In this document: one piece after another, positions 37,601 to 52,600 of the stretch
Layout of the letters: each line of letters opens with the position of its first letter
Position numbering within the stretch: position 1 is the first letter of the stretch
Assembly (NCBI RefSeq): GCF_964355755.1
Contig: NC_092677.1
Location: forward strand, 6,718,101 to 6,782,100
Length of the DNA stretch: 64,000 nucleotides
Reading direction: 5' to 3'
Source: Antedon mediterranea
Taxonomy: Eukaryota; Animalia; Echinodermata
Translations under genes and position numbers: made by a program
Notes under the pieces: generated by a model
Databases searched by the model: none
Seen by the model: only the letters and a program-made list of their open reading frames with translations
What the model was told of the DNA's origin: nothing

Positions 37601-40600
37601 TTGCTAAAGAGTTGAAACGAATGTCTGCTGAGGGAAAACGAAGAAGATCTGAAAAGGTTTGGAAAAGATATACTAAAAATTAATTTGTATATTATTATAA
37701 AAAAATCTTCACACTGGCCCATGGCAGGTACATTCCAGTCCCATTCAACATTCTGTTATGATGAAAGATAGAAATGCTTGTTTCTAAACTGCCCTTCACA
37801 CTGGCTGATCAATAGCACTACAGTAGCTTAGGGACATCCCTATTAAAAGTGAAACAGGCCAATATATGTTTTAAGACTGTGATTAAAGATGTTTTTTTTT
37901 TAATTGAAAGGGACAATTTGTCCTGAATGTGTGTTTATTAGCGGTTCTACTGTATTTTAATGTATAATTTGTTTTTGAGCAGAAAGCTACCATACTACAT
38001 TCTAGTGAAACAGACGGGGACGATAAGGGAGTTGACGAAGGGGAGGATGACGAGGGAGCTGTCAAATCTGTCCCGCGGTAAGATTACAAATCATTGTCCA
38101 TTTTTAAAGATTTTATGAATAACCTTCTCTATACAGGTACCTCTAAATCTGCTGGAGATGTTGATGTTACTGTAATATAATATTTATACTACACTGTCAT
38201 GTCTACTACAATGATGATGATGGATGAAATATATTTTTGTAATTCTCCTTACTGTGAACATTTTTTTAAATTTGTATAGAATGTTTTCATCCACATTTTG
38301 TAAATAAAGTGGTATTACCTTTTGGACTTACAAAAACAAAACATTGTAAGCAAATAAATATGAATGTTGTAATGTCTTTAGTTTCACCATGTTATGTTTC
38401 TCAAAAAATAAGTTTGAATCAGTTAATTTTTACGTACTGGTCCTCCTGAATTAAATTGGTTGCACTTCAGTTTAAGTGTGAAGTCATTGGTGGAGGTTGT
38501 CACAAAAATTTACTTTCTTGAATAGTTATGTTATATCTTTACCTACACCCATCATTATAAGCCCTCCAATCTGTTGCATATATGTATATATTTTTTTCAT
38601 TTCATTTTGAATTTATCCTGTTCCACACACTATCCTGATGCGTATACCTGTAAGTTTCACGTTCCAAATACTGCTTTGTGGTTGTTTCTATTGCCTGTAT
38701 GGGAATGTTTTTCACTGCTGCACCAATATTATATCCTCATCTTTCAAGTGTTAAGATAAATGTATAGAAAACCATAGTCATAATATTACCACAGGTTCAA
38801 GGCAAAGCATTCTGGTGGTAGAACATGTCTTCTCAGAAAAGGACTTAAAACTGGATGTATAGACATCTGGCGCGTTTCACTTAAAAGAACCCAGTGCATC
38901 TTTTATTATCACTGCATTGGACTAACAACCCTGTTAGTGTAATCGGAAGAGTGCCAATTGGATAAAAATGGATTGCTAACTTTTCTTTTTCATTTTGTCT
39001 TTTGCGTAAAAAGTGTAATTTTGGTTATTTAGTTAGTTAAGAATTGATTTTGTTGTGACTACTTTTCTAACACTCTGCATGAATGCTTCTGTATTCTGCA
39101 CATTTTAAAATATTTAAATGCACCGTTTATCTTTCACTACAAATTAGTCTTGGCAAATATTATATATTTTTGAATAACTTAAATAATGGGAAAATAGCAG
39201 GGGATTGACAATAACAACTTTTTTTAATGAGTTTTTAACTTTAAAAGATTGGGCGTGTGGAGGTTCGCATCTCCACTAATCTCATAAATATTCTGTACTT
39301 TATAATTATTATACTGTAATTAAACTGAATTATATAATTTTATTTATTTATTTATTTATTTATTCAATTTCTGCCATATACATAACAAAGAAGACAAAAC
39401 AATTATAAAAGGAGGCACGGAAAGACCAAACAGGTGCTAAACACCTATGCTAGTTGGTCAACAAATAAATAAATTACGTTCTACAATAAAAGCATCGACA
39501 AGAAAGGGACCAACTACACACATTTTCAATATCAAAATTATTTAAAAAATAAATATTGAGATAATTAAGTCATTTGGTTTTAAAAGAACTAACAGAAATA
39601 TTTAAGTTGCGGATTTCACTGGGTAATAATAATAATATTACAATTTTTATCTCTTTACAGTGTTACCATTAGTGATGATGTGACAACTCTTGAGATAGAT
39701 TCTGCTACTAAGAGGTACATTTTATGCAAATTTTGTTTATTGTATTTTATTTTTATAAATTATTAAGATAAACATGTATGGTTCTGTGATTAGATTCACC
39801 TCCATGTTCATAACAAGAATACAGTACTACTATATATTTTTAATTTGTGCAAGAATGATATGTATTTTGATTTGATTCTTCCCCTCAAGTAATGAACCAG
39901 CACCGGATACTCTCCTCATGTATTTGTAAGTGGATATATGCTGCTGTTGTGTTGTTTTTTTTAATTTTGTTATAGTTGACAATTCTGGTTGAGGCTAAAA
40001 AAATGCATTACTAAAAAACCTTATAGTCTATTTATTTAGTGTCCTGTTTTAACACTTAATTACTGCACCTCTGAGAATTCACATTCTTTGAATTGAAATG
40101 AAAGGTCAGTAATCTGAAACATTTGTTGCAATAAGTTAAAATGATATTAGAATAACACTCGTATTGCGGCATACATTGCGTACTGGTGTGGACATGCACA
40201 TTTAACACTGAAGTTTGTTCTCTTTTGTTTGTTGAACAAAACAATTTCAACAATGAAGGTTACTCTTCAATATTTATCTGCATGAAGATAGGAAGAACCC
40301 ATCCATAATATTATGAACCATTTATTGCAGTTAAAAGGTTAACACCCACATATGTATAATATCACTCTTAAGACCTGATTCACATGTGTAGTTAAATGTT
40401 ACAAAATGTAACTAGGACATCCTCCAGAGATATTTCTACCAAGATACTATGCATTCACACACTAATTCTTGCACATGACCGTTTGTTGTACATCACTCAT
40501 TACCAAGAGTATAAGGCATATACTCAAGTGTAATACCACCCTCTAATTTATGCTAAATTAGGACAACATTGTTAATGCAATCCGTAGTAGTATAATTCTA

Positions 40601-43600
40601 CCCCTAAGATTCCCTAAATTTTATTTAGCTCCCTGGTAATGAAAGTATATACAGTACTGTACATTCCTTGTTAAAACTGGTGAATACCACATTTTCATGG
40701 AAGTTACATTCAATTACTTTCATACATACCACAACATGTTGCATTTGGTTACATTTTGTAAAATTTGTGTATGTTTGAATCTGGCATTAGTATCAATAGA
40801 AGGGTATTCCACAGGAAACACTAAATCTTATGTTATTAAATATTACTTACATCAATGGTCAATCTAAGGAATCTCTGTCAAACTTTATGGGACAAAACAA
40901 AATGTGATGTGCCCATGGACATGAGGATGTCATATCACTACCATATTTGGACACATCACACTTTTTTTGTCAACTAGTTTGGTAGTGTATAAAGAGCGTA
41001 AAGCTAATGTTATTAGTGATTATTGATTGCACTATATATCACCAAAGAGTTTGCCAGTAGTCACCAATACTACCACAACTTAGATTATGTTATATTTCTT
41101 CATTGACTTCGGCACACTTGCAAAGACCCTGCTTGGTTCCCACTAAATACGCAATGCAAAGGCAGAACTGCAATGTAAGTGATTTGACCAATCACAAGCG
41201 ATTATTATTCATTGGTAAACTCGCTTGCATTGCATCTACGTCCTTGCCTCTAGTGGGAACCTCGCTTAAACAAATTAATAGTTCCATTTCATCGAAATCC
41301 TTTTCCAGACACATTGCATCTACGTCCTTGTCTCTAGTGGGAACCTCGCTTAAACAAATTAATAGTTCCATTTCAGCTAAATCCTTTTCCAGACACAGTG
41401 CATCTACGTCCTTGTCTCTAGTGGGAACCTCGCTTAAACAAATTAATAGTTCCATTTCATCGAAATCCTTTTCCAGACACATTGCATCTACGTCCTTGTC
41501 TCTAGTGGGAACCTCGCTTAAACAAATTAATAGTTCCATTTCATCAAAATCCTTTTCCAGACACATTGCATCTACGTCCTTGTCTCTAGTGGGAACCTCG
41601 CTTAAACAAATTAATAGTTCCATTTCATCGTAATCCTTTTCCAGACATATTGCATCTACGTCCTTGCCTCTAGTGGGAACCTCGCTTAAACAAATTAATA
41701 GTTCCATTTCAGCTAAATCCTTTTCCAGACACATTGCATCTACGTCCTTGCCTCTAGTGGGAACCTTGCTTAAACAAATTAATAGTTCCATTTCAGCTAA
41801 ATCCTTTTCCAGACACATTGCATCTACGTCCTTGCCTCTAGTGGGAACCTCGCTTAAACAAATTAATAGTTCCATTTCATCGAAATCCTTTTCCAGACAC
41901 ATTGCATCTACGTCCTTGCCTCTAGTGGGAACCTCGCTTAAACAAATTAATAGTTCCATTTCATCGAAATCCTTTTCCAGACACATTGCATCTACGTCCT
42001 TGCCTCTAGTGGGAACCTTGCTTAAACAAATTAATAGTTCCATTTCAGCGAAATCCTTTTCCAGACACATTGCATCTACGTCCTTGTCTCTAGTGGGAAC
42101 CTTGCTTAAACAAATTAATAGTTCCATTTCATCGAAATCCTTTTCCAGACACATTGCATCTACGTCCTTGCCTCTAGTGGGAACCTCGCTTAAACAAATT
42201 AATAGTTCCATTTCATCGAAATCCTTTTCCAGACACAACATATATTATTGTGAAGGTTAATATTAACATGTAATAATTAATAGAAAATTATTAGTATTTG
42301 GTTTTCTTTTAATCTCACACTCTTCACTAAATAATAAATTGTTTTTCTTTAACCTTTAATTTTGTTTCACTGATTTTGTTTATGATTATTTATGTTAATA
42401 GTTTGTTGACTTTGTTTTATTAACATTTTTATTATTACTTCATCTTCTTAGTTGTATATAGAATGTGGAGTCCAATTTAGGATCATGTCATTTTTTGTAA
42501 CAGTATAAATTTCCTCTATTTTCTTTCAGTGGTGATTTTGAAGAATCAGTTGAAACTGGATCTAGTGATAAATTCGAGAACAGCATGCCTCGTCCCATAC
42601 GACTTCTGAATGCCATTGTCTACTGGGGAATCGCGCACTCTGAACTCATCTGCTACTTTGTCATCATTCTCAATCATTTGGTATCCGCCAGCATTCTGTC
42701 CTTGCCTTTACCCATCCTAGTCTTTCTCTGGGCTATGTTGACGGTTCCACGACCAACCAAGAGATTCTGGATTACGGTCATCACATATACTGAGGTAAGG
42801 TATAATAAATAAAACAGATAGTTATTGTATGTATAATAAAATTGTTTTTAATTCTTCTAATTACTTTTTATTATTGGGAATAGTGTAGATCCTAACTCTA
42901 ACCCTCTAAAAGTCCTACCATGATAGGTACTGGAAGACACTATTACTTTTTTCTAAATGCATTTTTCATTTCAGTTATGGCAAAATATAGGCCGAACACA
43001 AACATTATGGCAGATTTGAACTTTAATTCATAACCTTTAAAACATGTTCTTTATCATTATTTTTATGAAAATCCCCACACAATAATACATTTCTTCTTTT
43101 TCTCTCTTCAGATCGTTGTTATTTTGAAGTATATATTCCAGTTCCAGTTCTACCCCTGGTACGAAAACGCCTCTAAACAGGAGAACCCATTATGGTGGCC
43201 TCGCTTGCTTGGCATTGAAAAGGAAGATGACTATGCAGTATTTGATCTTGTAGTCTTACTTGCTGTATTCCTTCATCGTTCAATATTGCGTGTAAGTGTT
43301 CAAATGATCAACATTTCTGCACTGGAAAGCTGAATATGAGGATTTTGGTTTTTTGATATTATATTTAGTTAATAATATAGCTCTTTCTTTTAACTTAAGT
43401 GACAAATCACTAAAGATGCATTCCTAACTGAAGATTAACAAAAAAAAATATTACATAAAAAGACCAGGAACACCAAGGATCAATTGTTTGGAAACAATAG
43501 ACATAGGTAGTTTATTCCATAATACTGAGCCTAGTTTAGAAAATGCCTTGTCACCGATTGCTCGTTTTGTAAGTTGAACTTCAAGTTTAAAAGTATCTAA

Positions 43601-46600
43601 GGAAGATCTTAACCCACTTTTCTTCATGAATATTTAATATTTCCATAAGATAGATAGGCGAAGTTGTCTTGGAACAGTTATACACAGTTCACAGCACTGA
43701 TTGCAATGTGTTATGTTATTCCTTCTTTTAGAGACATGGTTTGTGGCAAGAGAGCAGGGTTCTGCCAGATTTCCATGATGTTGAAGTTGAAAAGGAAGAA
43801 AACCAGAAAGAAGTTGATGAAGAAAATACAAAAGAAGGTGCCACATTGGCTATAAAAGGTAAGGCCACTATTGTCTTCACTTTGGCTTTTTAGTAGCGTG
43901 CAACGCGACTCTACATCTCACTATGCCGGTCGGTTGGTCGGTAAACACTAACTTGAGCATGCGACTACAGCCATGTATATGGCCTTGTTCATATTGACCT
44001 TTGTCCTTTCATATTAGTTACCTGACCTCATTCGCTTGTTACTTTCATCTTATTCGTAATATATAAATTTTAATTATAATAATAACAGAAGAAATAAGAA
44101 TTTATCATTATTTTTAGAAAAGCCAGAGGGAGATGACACAGGGTCAGTCAGTTCGGAAGGATCAGAGGAAGAGGAAAAGAAAAGGTGAGTCGTTTTCTTC
44201 AAAAAGGAATAGTTCAGTTTTCCAATAATTTTCTAGACTACCATAATTACACTAATGAGATAGATGACTTTACATACACTAATATGAAAGTCTCACAACT
44301 CTATGTGGACCAGTCTTTTGGGGCATTTTTAATCTGTCGGTTTCTCTGTCTTGACAATTTTTCTGTGATGAATGAAAGTTGGTATGTCACTGCTACCTTC
44401 TGTTTTTCCATTCTCTTCCTTTCTGACTAAATGTTCTTTTGTATTATTCTCTGTGTTCCTACTAAATGCTATTGTGAACGTTTGTCATTGCTAAAGCTGT
44501 GTTTTGTAAAGAGCTTTTTTTAGAATAAAAAAAAAGTCTTAATAGCACAAAATTTGATCAACGATCAACGAAATCAGATACAGTGAAGTGTTAAAATATC
44601 AGATGAATTTGTATCTATATTGTATACTGACTGTTCAATTTATTTTGTTTTTTCTCAGTTGGCTGGATCCATTTAAACATTTTTACCAGAGGTTAATAGA
44701 CCCAACATACAGTTATGTGACAGACGTGTATGTAACCATGTTTGGATGTGATTTTATCAATTTCCTTATCACAACATTCTGCTCATATGCATTTGGGGTA
44801 AGTTGGATCTATATTGAGCGTTCAAAACAATTTGTGTTTCCCAAGCACCGATACAAGTTGGGAGATGGAATTTTTATTTATTTTATCAACATTTCTTTTA
44901 GCCGATTTTTGTTTTAATTAAGGGCCAGTAGTCATGCATGCTATTTTAACAAAACAAAGATATGCGAGTGAGTTGCCAAGCGATTAAGTGGAACCGTAAT
45001 TACATAGCCATAACATTGGCAAGGGTTCAAGGCTCCCTCGCTCCATGGTTCTGGTGGTAGAACGAGTCTTCTCCGATAAGGACTATAAACCGTCCAGAGG
45101 TCCAGTGTACACATAGCTCATGTGCACTTTAAAGAACCTCGTACATCTTTCAAGGTGAGTAGGAGGTTACCCCGTTGTACTAGTACACACAAAACACAGC
45201 CACTGTCGCACACAGCCACTGTGCAATTGGGACTGGACCGTTTTTAGAGGTGTTTACCACCTGTTGGTCCCGATCGTTCACTAACAGTATTAGTGATAAG
45301 TTGAATAAATATGTATCGATGATGTGGGGAGTGGATGGTGTGAGTAGTCCAGTAAGAAAATAATTTTGTTATTAAAATACAAGCTGAAAATTAATATACA
45401 GCTTTGAAGCCCCACAAATATGTTTTTTTTTATCTATGGGAACATGGCCTAAAGATAAATATAGGCAGCAATTTTTTTTTAAAGCAACATCAGCTTCTAA
45501 ACTTATTTGCTAAAAATTCCTTAAAATGTGTTTTGTTTAACAGGAGGAACAGGCCCAGACTGATGTAACAGAATACATCCTCAACAACCAAATCCCACTG
45601 TCTTTTGTCTTGTTGCTTCTGTTCCAATTCGTCCTCATCTTAGTCGACCGTGCCATCTACCTCAAGAAGGATGTCAATGCTAAATTTATTTTCTTGATAT
45701 TGTTAGTGGTCGCAATACATGGCTGGTTGTTCTTCCTCTTACCTTGGATGTCTAACAGGTGTGTTAGGTTTATATGTCAAATTCATGCTGCATATTATGA
45801 CATGACATCTATAACAGTAGCATACCAATAGAAATGACATGTGGCAACTTTATAGACTTAGACATGACATGTATTGCAGCAGCATACCAATATAAATGAC
45901 ATATGACAACTTCATAGACTTACACATGACATGTATTGCAGCAGCATACTAATAGAAATGACACATGGCAACTTCATAGACTTACACATGACATGTATTG
46001 CAGCAGCATACTAATAGAAATGACACATGGCAACTTCATTGACTTACACATGACATGTATTGCAGCAGCATACTAATAGAAATGACACATGGCAACTTCA
46101 TAGACTTACACATGACATGTATTGCAGCAGCATACTAATAGAAATGACACATGGCAACTTCATAGACTTACACATGACATGTATTGCAGCAGCATACTAA
46201 TAGAAATGACATATGACAACTTCATAGACTTACACATGACATGTATTGCAGCAGCATACTAATAGAAATGACATGTGGCAACTTCATAGACTTACACATG
46301 ACATGTATTGCAGCAGCATACTAATAGAAATGACATGTGGCAACTTCATAGACTTAGACATGACATCTATAACAGCAGCATACCAATAGAAATGACATAT
46401 GGCAACTTCATAGACTTACACATGACGTGTATTGCAGCAGCATACCAATAGAAATGACATATGACAACTTTATAGACTTAGACATGACGTGTATTGCAGC
46501 AGCATACTAATAGAAATGACATGTGGCAACTTCATTGACTTACACATGACGTGTATTGCAGCAGCATACTAATAGAAATGACATATGGCAACTTCATAGA

Positions 46601-49600
46601 CTTACACATGACGTGTATTGCAGCAGCATACCAATAGAAATGACATATGACAACTTCATAGACTTACACATGACATGTATTGCAGCAGCATACTAATAGA
46701 AATGACACATGGCAACTTCATTGACTTACACATGACATGTATTGCAGCAGCATACTAATAGAAATGACATGTGGCAACTTCATAGACTTACACATGACAT
46801 GTATTGCAGCAGCATACCAATAGAAATGACATATGGCAACTTCATAGACTTAGACATGTATTGCAGCAGCATACCAATAGAAATGACATATGGCAACTTC
46901 ATAGACTTAGACATGTATTGCAGCAGCATACCAATAGAAATGACATATGGCAACTTCATAGACTTAGACATGTATTGCAGCAGCATACCAATAGAAATGA
47001 CACATGGCAACTTTATAGACTTAGACATGACATGTATTGCAGCAGCATACCAATAGAAATGACATGTGGCAACTTCATAAACTTAGACATGACATGACAT
47101 GCATCCCTCTTTTTTCATTTCATCCTTTTTATCTTGGTGAAAAGGGAGGATACTACATTTTCCTCCCCTGAGTTTATAGCCTCTCTACTCGAACACAAAT
47201 AAGATCACAAATAAGATAGTTTAACAAGGAAATTTTAATCATGTATTTTACCGCCATTTTCATTTTGACATTTTAATTAACATCGTATCTAAAATTTTAA
47301 TGAATACAAATATGGTTAATACTGAATTCAAGCATCTTATTATGTAAATATTCCTGTATTTTAACTACTTTAAACACTTACTTTTAATTGTCACAAATGT
47401 ATATAATGTATATATTCACCAATGAGAATTTAAATAAACGTGAGATGAACTCACACTAAGACAAAAAAAAAACTTAGACATGACATCTATAAACAGCACC
47501 ATACCAATATAAATGACATATGGCAACTTTATAGATTTAGACATGACGTCTATAACAGCTTCATAGACATAGACTTAGACCATGATCTATGGCAGCATTA
47601 TGCCAAAAGGCATGACAGCTTCATAGGCTTAGACATGACATATATAGCAGCTCCATAATCTTAGACCATGATCTATGCAGCATCATGGCCAACGACATGG
47701 TAACATCATAGGCTTAGACATGACATATATAACAGCTCTATTTGACATAATATTTTTTTTTTTTTTTAGGATTCTACAACAACATTTATTCAATATTCAA
47801 TATTTTACAAAGTTTATGGGTTAAGATACACAGAAGCCAAAGTGGCTTGTCTATGGTAGCTTCATAGCTACCAAATTCATTCCTGTTTTTGCTTAAAACC
47901 TAAATTGTTATTTTATACAGGGAGTTCACCGATAATACACCAGCTCAAATCTTCTATTTTTTTAAATGTTTGTACTTTGGATTGTCAGCGTATCAAATCC
48001 GCTGCGGATACCCAACAAGGATTCTAGGAAACTTCCTTACGAAAACCTACAATTATGTCAGCCTTTTCCTGTTTTATGGGTAAGTTAGCACCCTTTTTCA
48101 AATAGTTCTCCACTGGCTGGGTTCTTTTTATTGCTATTTCGAACCCTAAAGCCTTTCCAACTTACTACCAATCATTAGGGTGTGACAGCCATGAATGTTA
48201 AGTAGTGTATGGCTAGTATTTGGCACATGTAGATGAGTTCAAGTATTCCCAATAGTTCCTGTGTAAGCATCATTAGGGTGTGACAGCCATGAATGTTAAG
48301 TAGTGTATGGCTAGTATTTGGCACATGTAGATGAGTTCAAGTATTCCCAATAGTTCCTGTGTAAGCATCATTAGGGTGTGACAGCCATGAATGTTAAGTA
48401 GTGTATGGCTAGTATTTGGCACATGTAGATGAGTTCAAGTATTCCTGCCTATACTGTAAACTTAACTTATTTTTGTTTTAGTTGGCAGTTGATTCCTTTC
48501 TTGATGGAGATCAGAATTGTAATGGACTGGATGTTTACAGCCACTTCGCTATCTCTTGCTCATTGGTGCGAATGTGAAGATATTTATGCAGATTGTTTTA
48601 TTACAAAATGCTGGAGGAAAATGGAAAAGGTTTGTTGAAGTTTGTTATAATTATTTAATTGCTCATTTGTTGGTTGATTGTGATAGAGAGTAGTATTTGA
48701 AAGTATACCTGTTGTGTGATAGAGGCGGACCTCTTTGAGAGTATACCTTTTGTGATAGAGGTGACTTCTTTGAAAGTATACTTCAGTCATAGAGGCAACT
48801 CTTTTGAGAGTATACATTTTGTGTTAGAGGTGACTTCTTTGAAAGTGTACCTTTTGTGATAGAGGAAACTTTTTTGAGAGTGTACTTTTTGTGATAGAGG
48901 CAACTCTTTTGAGAGTTTACCTTTTGTGAGTACCTTTGAGGATACCTTCTATGATAAAGGCTACTCTTTTTGTAGTTAAGAAACCTTTTTTGAAACCAAA
49001 GAAAATATTTTGTACAGAGCCTGAAATGTGGAGTGTTTTGCTCTCTATAGAAATATCCAGCTGCAAGAGGTGTAACCAAAAGCTCAATGGTGAAATACGG
49101 CATGGGTGGTGTGATGCTCTGTGGTTTAGTTCTTATCATTTGGTTCCCACTTCTCTTCATATCATTTGTGAATACTTCAAGCATTCCAAACCCACCCAGC
49201 ATAGCTACAGTACAGATACAAATTGCAGGCTTTGAGGTAAATATCATATATTTGATTATGCATAGGCCTAGTTCTCAAAGTATGTAACAAGGGCTTTCTA
49301 AACCTTACAGATTGGATACTTACACACATGCAGGTTTTTGTCAAAATAGCAGGATGGTGGGAGAGGGATTATACTACTGAGGAATTACTGGTCAATTCTC
49401 TCACTATTATTGATGATAATCCATCCAGGATGGGTGCTCTAGTCATTGTTAATGCTCGTCGTTACTTTTTGTATTATTATAGAAACACTTACTTGTAATG
49501 AATCCGTTCAATGTTTATATATAGGTATAATTATTTTATTAACTTTATTTTTATTTATTCTTTTCAAAATTTAAATTTTTAAAAGCAATCCCGTCACAAG

Positions 49601-52600
49601 ATAATTCCAATCTTTTTGAGATTTGCCTTCGTCCATTTTCTTTTATTATCACTTGCCATTTTGTGTTTGTTACTCTTTGTCTTCTGGACATGAATAAATG
49701 TTCTTTAAATTGAATATTTTTCTGCAGCCTCTATTTGATATGAATAGTCAGGATCAGAATCTTATGGTGATGACACCGGAAGAGTTTAATAAATTCCGAA
49801 ATCGAGATGAATACAAGACCAGTCTGGTAAGTCATTAAAGAGCTTTCGCTTTCATGATACTGTACGCCACTCAAATGTGCAGATGTTGAGTATAAAAAAA
49901 CATGCTACGAAACACATGATCAGAATGACCTTTGCGCTCGTTAACTACGTGTAGTATGTAATGTAATATTGTATATAAAACAAGTGACAACAAATTTATA
50001 ATAAAGTGTTGTTTCAAATTTGTCGACGGTACATATTAGTCTCGGGAAGTAGTACGTAGTTTCCAATTCAACTTTGGCTCTCTACACAGTTTACTTATTT
50101 GTATAATATGAGTTAAAATATAATAATAAATATATGTTCGCTACACAGGAGGCACAATCATTCTTCAACCAGTACCAATTCGATGATGTGTATATCATCA
50201 AATTTGTTGGTGAATCGTCGTCAAGTTGGGATATCAGCCCACCTGGCCGATTAGAACTTCAAAATTACCTGAATGACACCACAAGTAATGTGTCCGTTAA
50301 ATTTACATACACATTTACAAGGTAAGTTAAATGAAATGACAAAGGCATTGATAAAGATCATTATTTGTTGATAGGAACACTGATGATTATTATGATAATG
50401 ATTAACAATCAGGAACAATGAAGATAATGATGATGATTAAGATAATGAGATGTTGGTAATAATATATTAATGGAAAGCAATAATAGTTATGATAACCACT
50501 TTTCTTTTTCTTTTTTCAGGCAAACATCTAGTACTATAGTAACACAAACTGTAGGTAACAGTCATACAATAGAACTTCAACCAGGAAATGAAAATAGAAA
50601 AAAACTGATAAATATGCTTGAGTTTAGAGATAGAAATGCTCCGTAAGTATCTTGTTTTGTCTACCTTAGCACCCTTCACCCCATAATGGTTTCTCTGTAC
50701 CACACTATCAAACTAGTTTGACAAAAAAAGTGTGATAATACATAAAGTTTTATGGTGTAAACAGAGCTTTAGACAAGTTAGGTTGGCTAGAAAATTCGAC
50801 CAACTTTATTTATTAACATTAACAACAGTTGCATTACTGCAGTATAACAGTTATTAAAGAAATTCAAGTCTACAATCGATAGTCACCAGAAAGAGCCTAC
50901 AGCTTGGTCATTGTTTCTGGAGTGTTTTCTCTGATTTTTGGATTGTCACTGTCCAACTTCTTTGTTCTGTCTTGTATACTTACCCCAGTTATATTGTTCC
51001 AACATATTGACATTTCTAATTTAAATTTTGCATAAAGAATGTGGTGTTCTATACAAATGATTGCTGTGACTGTTAATGTTTACAGCCGGCAATTAAAAAT
51101 ATTATTTGAGTAATCGTTCTTAATCTTAATTTCAGAGTATTCAAAGATCTTTTCCCACCATATGTGAAGTTACCAGCCACTGGGTCTGTTAGCCCTGTTG
51201 ATGTACTGCTAATGGGAAATTCTAGTAAGTAAATCTAATTTTTAGCATACTGGAATATATAAAATGACCGGTTTTTTTTCTTATTTGATCTTTGGCCTTT
51301 AAAAGACACATCAGCATCGTTTTGAGATGGCCTTTCATTCAATTAATTTTTGTCTGTTTTCAGTCTAAATTTTTTAATAATATTTATTCGGCATGTTGTT
51401 ATCAAGCACAAGAGTAAGCAATAGGCATACTGTAGACAAACTGCTCTTGCCCCAACGTCAATATAAAGATTTTTACCAATCATTTACAGCTCTCGCAAAC
51501 ATATTGTTTTGTTGCATATGAGAGAGAATGATTGATAGCATCATTAAGACACTTAAAAAACATATCACCTGAAATCAGAGACTAAATATCAAAGACCCTG
51601 CATGCGCACAAACCCTGCTTGTTTTGATCCTTAAGGATCGTTAAGCAGTATTCCAAAGAAGAAGACACTTAAAAGACATTGTTAGTAAAAAACCAAAATA
51701 TAATTGGATCAGTCAAATAAAGTAAGCTCTACAAGAACAAACATCGCATCATCTACATACTATCCTGCCCTAAACAGAACAAACTTGAACAAAATGGTGG
51801 AAAGCGCAAGACAGATCATAATACTAGAAAAATAAATTTGTTGTATTCATGCAATGAGTTATAAAAAATAAGGTAATATGGTGTTTAGTTTTAATTTTAA
51901 TTGTTCTTTTTCTTTACTAGCTTATGATGATTACACTGATGTTTCTGCCACATTGGTCAAAGGAAATATTACAGATCTTGTTGGTGATAAGGAATGGTGG
52001 AGTGTAAAGGATAACAAATGTTCGAAGAAAGCTTGTGAATATCTCGAAATTTACACTTTCAACGATCGTGTTGCATCTGATGTTTTTGCACCAGTGTCTA
52101 GCTATGGGTATGTGTATTTAGTGCTATTCTGTATTTTCATTTGATTGGTCGATTGTGGGTCACATGGCGTACAATACTATGAAGCCTTAGCAACTGTACT
52201 GGTGGATATGGCCCTGAAATATAGACAATATGAAATTTACAATCAAAATGTCTTTAAAAGAAACATATCCAATGATGTACTGGATTTTGCATGCAAAGAA
52301 ATGTTGATGAAAAAGGTTTTTAATAATAATAGAATAATTATATTTATTTTTTTCAGTGTCATTGGATTGTACGTTTCTCTCGTCCTTGTGGTCGGTCGTT
52401 TTGTACGAATGTACTTCAGCGGTATCCGCTACCAGATAATGTTTAACGAACTTCCGAACGTTGATCGAATACTGAAACTGTGCCTTGACATTTTCCTTGT
52501 ACGCGAATGCCAAGAAATGGCGCTGGAAGAAGACTTAATGGCGAAACTTATTTTCCTTTATCGCTCTCCGGAGACATTGATACGTTTCACAAAATACAAA

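Noticed and set aside
38137-38171. Possible extra Piezo exon after ctatacag
   Set aside because: In the required phase 2 it hits TAA at the third full codon; the open frame is phase-incompatible.
41192-42241. 349-aa minus-strand ORF and 176/198-aa plus-strand ORFs
   Set aside because: By-products of a stop-free 84-nt (28-codon) satellite derived from a MITE end; no gene structure.
41229-47100. CRISPR-like regular repeats
   Set aside because: No unique spacers and no cas genes; these are eukaryotic intronic satellites.
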